NCBI GenBank assembly: GCA_044359815.1
Contig: JBIKLL010000014.1
Location: 1 to 49,060, forward strand
DNA length: 49,060 bases
From: Pseudobdellovibrionaceae bacterium
Lineage (GTDB): Bacteria > Bdellovibrionota > Bdellovibrionia > Bdellovibrionales > Bdellovibrionaceae
Reading direction: 5' to 3'
In this document: positions 29,101 through 35,855 of the stretch, in pieces
Layout: each line of letters begins with the position of its first letter
Numbering within the stretch: position 1 is the first letter of the stretch
Made by a program: the position numbers and the translations under genes
Notes under the pieces: generated by a model
Told to the model about the DNA's origin: nothing
Seen by the model: only the letters and a program-made list of their open reading frames with translations
Database searches by the model: none

Positions 29101-29292
29101 GCCAAGGGTATGTGTTTTATGACTCTTGAGGATGAGTTTGGATTTATTAATGTTGTGGTGCCGCCATTGGTTTACGAAAAGTGCAGATTAGTGATTTATA
29201 ACCAGTGTTTGTTGCAGATTTCGGGTGTGCTCGAAAAAAAATCAGGGGTTTTAAACGTTCGTGCAGATCATATTAGTGGTCTATATCGCTAA
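26128..29292 (+). CDS. dnaE2: Error-prone DNA polymerase III alpha subunit DnaE2 (ImuC)
   Basis: PHP NFSFLQGASHP, GRGSAANS, PPDIDIDFEHQRREEV, GVFQIESRAQM, YGFPESHAASFA, NSQPMGFY, OB-fold RPPTAKG. Confidence 0.97.
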   Translation: MKSVAAYVPFVELLGRTNFSFLQGASHPDEMVEAAIELGYNGITICDLHGLYGVVQGYKTAKAPSLFKASLHSSQGFSYLIGTEFILTDQSHIALLPMTQIGYTQLCQLITVGKRQATKGFCKLSLTDIKNHNQDLIALALPPTSVDRFESLHEIFGDRLYLPVWRDMTWESRQFLQQALYLEKSHNAQLFVTNRPYMHSPERKPVFDTLTCILHHTTLDEAKTKLLQNSENHLRPIEELLKIWSDRPDLLAATQKIADRIQFDLGQIRYRYPTAQLPAGMSSAEYLKKLTHEGLHWRFPDKIPDSVLKMAQHELTLIADLKYDDYFLTLYEICQFAREKQILYQGRGSAANSVVCFALGLTAVDPTKVDLLFERFISKERDEPPDIDIDFEHQRREEVIQHIYQKYDENHAAMVCTIIRYKSRMALRETAKVFGIPLGTIDRIIKFMGRDGMRRLKETETIFAEFGIDSEKWMMMMAIAQGIYGFPRHVGIHTGGFLITQDFICQMVPVEKATMQGRYVIQWNKDDVNFMGLMKIDLLSLGMLTAIKKSLESLSKHKNLHYNLATLPAEDKTTYDMISRADTVGVFQIESRAQMQTLPRMRPRNFYDLVVEVALIRPGPLQGGMVHPYLRRRQGLEKVQYGHPKLESVLKKTLGVPIFQEQVMKIVMEAASFSAGEADELRRLMSAAWRGKGTMDGVRHRIMRGFKENGIPDDYAEKIYKTIEGFANYGFPESHAASFALLTYASCYLKCHHPEVFTCSLLNSQPMGFYAPRTLIADAQRHGVRVRPLCVQKSDVEYTLVKSDTAVQHNPDAAFKKDLDPKCAAESANRFLDLQIGLCSVYGVAQHFLNILVQERTKNGSFKNLSDLIMRTCLPKSVLLRLAASGAMSSFKIPARELIWQIEATELSDQSFLWTLPRESFQSLTANQTKPESEWQSLHREYTTKGFSIDNHPIKLLRQKSCLSSKDLSKLPNKKRLQIMGLLAFTQRPPTAKGMCFMTLEDEFGFINVVVPPLVYEKCRLVIYNQCLLQISGVLEKKSGVLNVRADHISGLYR

Positions 29293-29505
29293 CTTCTTTT
29301 TGGATTTATTTTTTTCGGCGTAGGCCTGCAGAACTTCTCGTATTAAAACTTGATATCGACCTTCGTAATCTTCGTTAAGTGACAATTTCTTCAAGTCCTT
29401 CACCAGATTAAGAGGCAACCTAATTGAAATATGAGCAGTGATATTTTCATCCACGAAATCTTCAATCGGTATGTTGACGTTACCAGTTTTTAATTTTTTA
29501 GCCAT
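29281..29505 (-). CDS. Ribbon-helix-helix (BrnA/CopG-like) putative antitoxin
   Basis: ISIRLPLNLVKDLKKLS...GRYQVLIREVLQAY; overlaps the DUF4160 gene. Confidence 0.7.
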   Translation of the reverse strand: MAKKLKTGNVNIPIEDFVDENITAHISIRLPLNLVKDLKKLSLNEDYEGRYQVLIREVLQAYAEKNKSKKKLAI

Positions 29506-29737
29506 GCAACTCCTCCCATCTTTCTAACAACAATAATCTGTTTTCCTTAACGACTCGTAAAATTCTGTTCAAAGTTGATGTCGTAAATTCAGTTTCTGAA
29601 TCCATGACTTCAAGATTCAACAAATTTATCCGAACAGAAGCCCCCATACCCTCAACATGCACATGAGGCGGACTATGGTCGTTCTCATTGATTTTATAAA
29701 TCAAATGTTTAGAAGAAAGGGCTTTAACCCTAGTCAT
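29498..29737 (-). CDS. DUF4160-family (HicA-like fold) putative toxin
   Basis: NENDHSPPHVHV...ASVRINL...ENRLLLLERWEELHG; start placed at ATG 29737 from the promoter position. Confidence 0.8.
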   Translation of the reverse strand: MTRVKALSSKHLIYKINENDHSPPHVHVEGMGASVRINLLNLEVMDSETEFTTSTLNRILRVVKENRLLLLERWEELHG

Positions 29738-29745
29738 GCTTAAAA

Positions 29746-29774
29746 AGAATACAATATATACTGTATATACGCAA
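29746..29774 (-). promoter_or_regulatory. Sigma70 promoter of the TA-like pair with an internal palindromic operator
   Basis: TTGCGT-N17-TATTCT on the minus strand, 8 nt before ATG; palindrome TATATAC-T-GTATATA at 29755-29769. Confidence 0.7.
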
Positions 29775-29933
29775 CATCTTTTTAACAAACAAAAATTTAA
29801 GATACGAGCTGCATTTTAAACAATCTGAACCTAAAAAACTAGGGTTACAGGGGCTTTAGCGACTACAGCGCCAGCGTTATAACTGCTTGAAAAACGCAGA
29901 AATTCCTGTCAAAAGGATTACATCAAAAAATAC

Positions 29934-30025
29934 GGAGAGGTGGCCGAGTGGCTGAAGGCGCTCGCTTGGAAAGCGAGTTTACCCGTTAAAAGGTAACGCG
30001 AGTTCGAATCTCGCCCTCTCCGCCA
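29934..30025 (+). tRNA. tRNA-Ser (anticodon GGA)
   Basis: Acceptor GGAGAGG/CCTCTCC-GCCA; anticodon arm CTCGC-TTGGAAA-GCGAG; long variable arm; T-loop GTTCGAATC; encoded CCA. Confidence 0.97.
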
Positions 30026-30239
30026 AATAAAAAAGCACCCAAAGCGGTGCTTTTTTATTTGCTGAAAGATGTGAATTTCGAATCTCTCACAGTTTGCGAG
30101 TTCGACAAAAATCGCAGGAAGCCATCGAGGCGTTAGCCGAAGAAGCGACGAAGTCGCGCTGGCGAAGCGATTTTTGAGTGAAAGCCCCTTGTGGGTGAGG
30201 GTCATTGATGGCCCGAACAATCTCGCCCTCTCCGCCAAA
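30007..30239 (+). repeat. tRNA-linked repeat: 21-bp direct duplication of the tRNA 3' end enclosing a structured element
   Basis: AATCTCGCCCTCTCCGCCAAA at 30007-30027 and 30219-30239; internal stem CAAAAATCGC/GCGATTTTTG. Confidence 0.85.
30025..30060 (+). terminator. Intrinsic terminator after tRNA-Ser, possibly bidirectional
   Basis: AAATAAAAAAGCACC-CAAAGC-GGTGCTTTTTTATTT. Confidence 0.85.
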
Positions 30240-30297
30240 AACACACACATCAAAAAACTTCGAACATGCGGTGCTCGCCTTTTCAAGGCTGCGCTCG

Positions 30298-31317
30298 CTA
30301 TTTTAAAAAAGACGGAATTGGAATATCAACATCACCAATCCGATAGCTATAAAAAACCTGAGTGCTAAAAGTTGCCTGACTGACCTGTCCATCTTCTACT
30401 GTGGTGGAGTTTTGATCCACAATAATCTGAATACCAACGGCATGACTATTATAGTTATAACCGGTGCCCAGCCGCAAACCTACGCGATGAAGAGACGAAT
30501 TTGACCACTTCCCAGATTTGTCGATGACTTCTGCTTTTTGATAACCAATACCGGCACCCAAATACGCGCTACCTACAAAATAATAATGAGTCCAAATAGG
30601 TAAAGTATAGCCATAGCCAGCACCACCCATTAAATAGTGAGTCTGCAATGAAATCAGATCATGAATACGACTTCGACCAGAAGTGATATAGGAAGGTAAC
30701 ATTGGCGAGTCACTTTTGATATTTGTACGGCCGGCGCTGGCCCACAATAGAAAACTCCCTCCGCCCTCTTTTTGAATTCCACTTTGAGCAAAAGCCACAG
30801 CATTTGAAAAGTACGCAGGAGATAGAACTGTGATGTAGTTATATCCCACAGTTTGTACCTGCATGTCGGGACGCAATTGAGGTTGACCTGTCAATGCATC
30901 CTTCCAATCTTGGATCGAATATCCCTTGAAGTCTTGATAAATTAACTCGTGGGTATCGCGATGACCAAAAAATCGAAGCTGATAATCTTGAATTGCCGAT
31001 GTGCCCTTTTCTTCGATAGAAGCCGCATCTGGCGATGATGGCAATTGAAAGCTAAAACCGACATTTTGATATCCAACCCCAAATGAAAGAAGAGTGGGAC
31101 TGTTTGGAATATAAACGACATCAGCTCCGGGACCTGAGACTGTAAAATCCAAACCCGGTCCTATCAATGCAGCTCGCAGACTCAAAGTTTTGTCGTGCTC
31201 TGGGGTCCACCGAGGTTCTGAAGCTAAGCATGCTAAAGCAGAAAATAATAAAAAGTTTACGATTGAGAGCAAGAATATCAGCATAAATTTTAGCTTGCAA
31301 ATAGCCTCTAAACGCAA
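30298..31317 (-). CDS. Outer-membrane beta-barrel protein (DUF4421-like)
   Basis: Signal peptide; YIPNSP, YQDFKGY, LRPDM, FAQSGIQKEGGGSFL, RLGTGYN. True start may be 31284. Confidence 0.7.
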   Translation of the reverse strand: MRLEAICKLKFMLIFLLSIVNFLLFSALACLASEPRWTPEHDKTLSLRAALIGPGLDFTVSGPGADVVYIPNSPTLLSFGVGYQNVGFSFQLPSSPDAASIEEKGTSAIQDYQLRFFGHRDTHELIYQDFKGYSIQDWKDALTGQPQLRPDMQVQTVGYNYITVLSPAYFSNAVAFAQSGIQKEGGGSFLLWASAGRTNIKSDSPMLPSYITSGRSRIHDLISLQTHYLMGGAGYGYTLPIWTHYYFVGSAYLGAGIGYQKAEVIDKSGKWSNSSLHRVGLRLGTGYNYNSHAVGIQIIVDQNSTTVEDGQVSQATFSTQVFYSYRIGDVDIPIPSFLK

Positions 31318-31472
31318 AATTGATTGGTAGGCTTAATAACATAAAACGAAAAAACAGTTGAGATCAAAGACATTGAATTACTCAGCCCACTCCAAACAAA
31401 AAGTTCGAAAGCTATCTACTTCTGCTAGCCAAAAGTCCGTTACTAAAAGCTTTAGAATCACAAGTGACACCA

Positions 31473-31506
31473 TTGATTTTGATAGTATCATTTGATACTA
31501 TCAAAA
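31473..31506 (+). promoter_or_regulatory. fic promoter (leaderless) overlapped by a 14-2-14 palindromic operator
   Basis: TTGATT(31473-78)-N17-TACTAT(31496-501), ATG 6 nt later; TTTTGATAGTATCA-TT-TGATACTATCAAAA at 31477-31506. Confidence 0.75.
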
Positions 31507-31507
31507 A

Positions 31508-32479
31508 ATGAATCTACCACCATTTCAATTGACCCCAAAGATAGTCAATCTCTTAAGTGAAATTCAATTTATGCTGGGTTCCCTGCAACCGCAGGCCTTA
31601 ACCAGGGCACCAGTTAAGCTCAGAAAAGAAAATAAAATCAAAACCATTCAACACAGTCTGGCCATCGAGGGTAACAGCCTTAACCTGACTCAAGTCACCG
31701 ATCTGGTTGATGGAAAAAGAGTGTTGGGACCAAAACGCCAAATCCTAGAGGTCCAAAATGCGATCAAAGTCTACGAAACGCTTGCTAGCTTTAAGTGGAA
31801 CTCTGAGAAAGATCTTCTTAGAGCCCATAAATTGCTGATGCAAGACCTGGTAAAGAATCCCGGCAAATACAGAAGTGAGAGTGTTGGCATCTTCAAAAGC
31901 GGAGTCGTGAAACACATGGCCCCTTCAGCCAAACAGGTTCCGAGCCTAATGGGTAAGCTATTTAATTTCTTGAAACAGGATTTAGACACTCACCCTATAG
32001 TCAAAGCCTGTGTTTTTCACTACGAGCTTGAGTTTATTCACCCGTTCATGGACGGAAATGGCCGCATGGGCAGACTGTGGCAACAGGTCATTTTAATGAA
32101 CTTTTCTGAAGTTTTTGAATTTCTATCTATTGAAACTTTAATTCATCAAAGGCAACGCAACTATTATTTGGCACTTGAGAAAAGTGACAAGGCTGGTGAA
32201 TCAACAACCTTTGTTGAGTTTAGCCTTGAAGTCATTCGAGACACACTCACCGAATTTTCAAATGATTTCAGGCCAAAGAAAGCTAGTGCCAGCGATCGCA
32301 TTGAATCTGCTCTCGAAAAATTTGGACCCAGGCCCTTTAGTCGAAAAGATTACTTGAGATTTCATAAAACTCTATCAACGGCCCAAGCAAGCCGGGATCT
32401 TAAGCATGCAGTCGATCAGGGGTTAATCAACGCCAAAGGAAGCAAAGCTCTAACCACTTATAAAAAGGTATCGACGTGA
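31508..32479 (+). CDS. Fic-family adenylyltransferase with a C-terminal winged HTH
   Basis: Intact HPFMDGNGRMGR; N-terminal inhibitory motif SLAIEGN; C-terminal STAQASRDL..AV..G. Confidence 0.93.
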   Translation: MNLPPFQLTPKIVNLLSEIQFMLGSLQPQALTRAPVKLRKENKIKTIQHSLAIEGNSLNLTQVTDLVDGKRVLGPKRQILEVQNAIKVYETLASFKWNSEKDLLRAHKLLMQDLVKNPGKYRSESVGIFKSGVVKHMAPSAKQVPSLMGKLFNFLKQDLDTHPIVKACVFHYELEFIHPFMDGNGRMGRLWQQVILMNFSEVFEFLSIETLIHQRQRNYYLALEKSDKAGESTTFVEFSLEVIRDTLTEFSNDFRPKKASASDRIESALEKFGPRPFSRKDYLRFHKTLSTAQASRDLKHAVDQGLINAKGSKALTTYKKVST

Positions 32480-32489
32480 GCACTAACAA

Positions 32490-33329
32490 ATGACTGCAAT
32501 TTTATTATTTTTTGTCACACCGATATTAGCATCCCAAAGTTTTTCAGTCGAAAGCAAATTCAGTCGACTGTCCATTGAATCAATCCTGCAATACCAATAT
32601 TTTCAATCAGCTGATAATGAAAAATGGAAACATTGGATGCTGGAGGTTTTTAAATACCAGGACAAAATCAACACAAACAATCATTCCCAGGGATTCAGCA
32701 CAACATACGATATGGATCTGAATCAAAACGTAAATCTGGGGTTTGGCATAGGTTATGAAAAATCTGAACCAGGCCCTATGATAATTATTGATCCAAAAGT
32801 TTTTTTGACTTTGGATTTTCCGGTTCAACCAGATAAATCCCTGTTACCTAAACTGAAATTTTCGCAAATCCGAATCAGGGACAACGGGGCAGCAAACACA
32901 ACCTCGGATTCAGACAGGGTTTTGATATTGAATTCCATCGAAGCTGGTTTGGGTTATCAGAAACTTAAAAGTTTTTATTTTGAAATCGGAGTTTCGAAAA
33001 CCACAACGGCCGAAGGCTTAGCCAGCAGGCTGGGCCTACGCAGGACTGAAAAAATTAATTATTCTGGTAGTGCCGTTGATTCTGGCTTTTACAGCAAATT
33101 TTCTTTTTTTTGGAATCTGGATCACATCACTGATTTGAGCTTTCAGAATCAAAAGGACTTGGTTGAAGAAGCCTCTAACCAAACCTGGGAATTGGCTCAT
33201 CAGATTTATTGGTCAGACAGTTTTTCATCACAGATTGGATTAGGATTATTAAAAAGCTGGGATGCCACCATTCAATCGTATCAAAATGATACATCCGGCA
33301 GAATCAAGCTGACCTACAGCCCCGAATAA
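32490..33329 (+). CDS. Probable outer-membrane beta-barrel protein
   Basis: Short signal peptide; alternating aromatic/polar strands. Confidence 0.55.
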   Translation: MTAILLFFVTPILASQSFSVESKFSRLSIESILQYQYFQSADNEKWKHWMLEVFKYQDKINTNNHSQGFSTTYDMDLNQNVNLGFGIGYEKSEPGPMIIIDPKVFLTLDFPVQPDKSLLPKLKFSQIRIRDNGAANTTSDSDRVLILNSIEAGLGYQKLKSFYFEIGVSKTTTAEGLASRLGLRRTEKINYSGSAVDSGFYSKFSFFWNLDHITDLSFQNQKDLVEEASNQTWELAHQIYWSDSFSSQIGLGLLKSWDATIQSYQNDTSGRIKLTYSPE

Positions 33330-33371
33330 ACCCCTAAATACTCCAATGATTTTGAACTGTTAAAAAAAACC

Positions 33372-33408
33372 GTAACCTTTCCTGTTGATCCCCGTTTAAT
33401 CAACAGGA
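33372..33408 (+). promoter_or_regulatory. Candidate ECF-sigma promoter plus an RBS-occluding hairpin
   Basis: GTAAC-N16-CGTT at 33372-33396; TCCTGTTGAT/ATCAACAGGA inverted repeat (33380-33408) covers the start of AGGAGG. Confidence 0.6.
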
Positions 33409-33416
33409 GGTACTGA

Positions 33417-34298
33417 ATGAGTATCAAAATTTTGTTAGCAATGTTAATCGGACTTTCCTTTTTGGGCTGTGGCAAAAAAAACGCAGCTGACGATGAAACA
33501 CTAAATGCAGTGGAAGCCACTGTTGAATCCGGTGTTTCAATGATTTCGGGTCTAAGCGACGATCAATCGGGTACCAGTTACGCCAGCAAAAGCGAAACTG
33601 CCCCTAAAAATATTTGGCAATTACTGCTGGGTGAAAAAGCCTATGCAGATAACTGCACCAGGGCGATTTTTCAAAGCTGTGTTTCCGGAGTCAAAACAAC
33701 GGACTTTGATTCTTGCCAAATTGCTGGAACACTCAGATCTATAACTGGCAATGTGACCCTGTCTTTCAGTGATTCAGGATGTTCAATGGCCAGTGTCGGC
33801 AATAGCGTTAACAGAACCTATGATCTGGATATCAGCGGCCCCCGCGGAGGAGTTGTTTCGATCACTTCAGCAACCAATGCTGATTACAACGGTAATTCGT
33901 ACGGTGGCGGCGGTGTGCTTGAAAAAACCAGTGGTGGTTGGGAAATCGAGATCCTGGGCAGACATTCTGCTTTGTCAAAAAACGGAAGGCAGTTTTTTAA
34001 TATCAGCACCAGAACACTGAGCAACGTTCAAATTACCGGAAGCCTGGACCGATCAAACCGAGTGGTCAACAGCGGACAAATAGAAGTGAATCATAATTTA
34101 GCGAAATTCACAGCTCTGTTTCAGCCTAACAATCTGACTTGGACATCAAGCTGCTGCCATCCTGTATCAGGATCATTAGGTGTCACATACAGCGGATCAA
34201 AAACTGGAACAGCCACTGTTACATTTAATGGTTGCGGAACAGCAGAGCTAGATGAAGATGGACAAAAAACTGATCTTACGCTGAGCTACTGTGAGTAG
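33417..34298 (+). CDS. Cys-rich, beta-rich lipoprotein
   Basis: AGGAGG RBS; lipobox FLGC; multiple Cys; first gene of the ECF operon. Confidence 0.8.
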   Translation: MSIKILLAMLIGLSFLGCGKKNAADDETLNAVEATVESGVSMISGLSDDQSGTSYASKSETAPKNIWQLLLGEKAYADNCTRAIFQSCVSGVKTTDFDSCQIAGTLRSITGNVTLSFSDSGCSMASVGNSVNRTYDLDISGPRGGVVSITSATNADYNGNSYGGGGVLEKTSGGWEIEILGRHSALSKNGRQFFNISTRTLSNVQITGSLDRSNRVVNSGQIEVNHNLAKFTALFQPNNLTWTSSCCHPVSGSLGVTYSGSKTGTATVTFNGCGTAELDEDGQKTDLTLSYCE

Positions 34299-34838
34299 AT
34301 GAATGACGATACACAGTTAATAAAACAAATCGCAGATGGGGACTCAAAAGCATTTGAGTCCTTGTTAGATAAGTACAACAACCAAATCTATGGATTTTGT
34401 ATGAGAATGTTAGCAAATAAAAACTTAGCAGAAGACATCGCCCAAGAAACCTGGCTGAGGGTTATTCAGAACGCAAAAAATTATTCGCCCAAAGCTCAGG
34501 CCAGTACTTGGATAATCACGATCGCTAAAAATCTGTGCCTGGATGAAATCAGAAAAACCGCAAAATTCGAAGAGCTTGATGCTGAAACCGAAAATCTGAC
34601 CCAAGATCCCAGCGAGAATTGCCTGGAATATCTGAGCAAAGCTTCTGACACAGAAACAGTAAAGCAAGCCCTGGATCAGCTTACAGACCGGCACCGCACA
34701 GTGCTTTGTCTGTGGATTTATGATGAATGCTCGTTGGCTGAACTGGCTATTCAACTTAAAATTTCAGTCAATGCGGTTAAGGTTCTGCTTCACCGGGCTA
34801 AACAAAACTTTGAAATCGAGTATTCAAAACTAAAATGA
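34299..34838 (+). CDS. ECF-type RNA polymerase sigma factor
   Basis: GDSKAFESL, AEDIAQETWL, TWIITIAKNLCLD, region 4 SLAELA...VKVLLHRAK. Confidence 0.93.
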   Translation: MNDDTQLIKQIADGDSKAFESLLDKYNNQIYGFCMRMLANKNLAEDIAQETWLRVIQNAKNYSPKAQASTWIITIAKNLCLDEIRKTAKFEELDAETENLTQDPSENCLEYLSKASDTETVKQALDQLTDRHRTVLCLWIYDECSLAELAIQLKISVNAVKVLLHRAKQNFEIEYSKLK

Positions 34839-35197
34839 AAAACAAAAACGATATTTTTAATGATAAGCCCTCTAAAGATTTCAAAGACAAATTGATGTCT
34901 AAGGCCTTGCCATTATTGGCTGATAATAAAAGACAAAACCGCAGGTCTTTTTTTGCGAACTGGCAGTTTATTGTTGCCGCCAGTGCCACAGCCACGGCCG
35001 CATTAGTTGTTTTGTTAAACAGAAAATCTGTTCCCGATAATCAGTTTGAAATATTAGAATTTGCGGAACTGGACGCCAACGACGAGGAAATGCAACTACT
35101 GACTGAACTTGAACTTGATGAGTTTGAATTATTAAGTGACGATCAGTTTAGTAAGGAGTTTGAAGACTTTGTTACCACTGAAACCAAGGAGTCCTAA
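34835..35197 (+). CDS. Putative single-TM anti-sigma factor
   Basis: ATGA overlap with the sigma gene; short cytoplasmic domain, one TM helix, acidic Leu-rich C-terminus. Confidence 0.7.
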   Translation: MKNKNDIFNDKPSKDFKDKLMSKALPLLADNKRQNRRSFFANWQFIVAASATATAALVVLLNRKSVPDNQFEILEFAELDANDEEMQLLTELELDEFELLSDDQFSKEFEDFVTTETKES

Positions 35198-35322
35198 TGA
35201 ATAACGACGATAAAGAAATCATCGAGAATCTGGATATGTTGATGAATCTGGATTTGTTGGAAGATGAAGACAATGAGGTTATCGAAACCATGGACGAAGG
35301 GCGGGAAAATGAACCGTCGTAG
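35197..35322 (+). CDS. 41-aa acidic small protein (below the ORF-track cutoff)
   Basis: AAGGAG RBS, TAATG coupling; MNNDDKEIIENLDMLMNLDLLEDEDNEVIETMDEGRENEPS. Confidence 0.65.
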   Translation: MNNDDKEIIENLDMLMNLDLLEDEDNEVIETMDEGRENEPS

Positions 35323-35701
35323 TTTTTTAAAATTTTCATTGTTAGCCGCAGCCGCTGGTACCTTTGCCCTTGATTCAAAGGCTCAGACAACCACTGGCAC
35401 CAATCCAACTTGGGATAATCTGACTGATGCGCAAAAGGACGAATTGCGACAAAAATGGAAGAGATTTAAATCTTTGCCAGCAGACAAACAAGAGCGGATT
35501 CGCACGGCCTTTAGAAGGTTTCAGGGATTTTCGCCCGAGAAAAAAGAACGCATTCGCGCCAATTTTCAGCGCTGGAAAAATCTGAACGCCGATCAAAAAT
35601 CAAAAATCAGAACCAGACATCAACGATGGATGAAGCTAACACCTGAACAAAGAAGAAATCTAAAAATGAAGTGGATGCACAAAAGACGACAGAATCGCTA
35701 G
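35309..35701 (+). CDS. DUF3106-like helical repeat protein with a Tat signal peptide
   Basis: MNRRSFLKF Tat motif; repeated W/F..L.pe.k.r.r..f.rw units; highly basic. Confidence 0.8.
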   Translation: MNRRSFLKFSLLAAAAGTFALDSKAQTTTGTNPTWDNLTDAQKDELRQKWKRFKSLPADKQERIRTAFRRFQGFSPEKKERIRANFQRWKNLNADQKSKIRTRHQRWMKLTPEQRRNLKMKWMHKRRQNR

Positions 35702-35725
35702 GACCTAGGTCGGGATTCAGCAGCA

Positions 35726-35819
35726 GCCATTGCTCGACTTTGGGCCAATGAATTGGTTATTTTGGCCGATGCCTCCAGCATAATGAATTTGATAAAAATT
35801 TGCTGCCATTGCTCGACTT
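35726..35819. repeat. 15-bp direct repeat within degenerate ~40-bp tandem units
   Basis: GCCATTGCTCGACTT at 35726-40 and 35805-19; AATGAATT recurs in both intervening units. Confidence 0.6.
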
Positions 35820-35845
35820 GCAAGGGTTGCTGCTTGTGCCGATAA
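35820..35845 (+). promoter_or_regulatory. Candidate sigma28/FliA promoter for the 670-aa gene
   Basis: GCAAG-N13-GCCGATAA ending 10 nt before ATG 35856. Confidence 0.6.
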
Positions 35846-35855
35846 GTCTGTCATA

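Noticed and set aside
29918..30368. ORFs 29918-30286 (-) and 30174-30368 (+)
   Set aside because: They are shadows of the tRNA-Ser gene and its linked repeat; WRRGRDSNSR is the typical antisense-tRNA translation.
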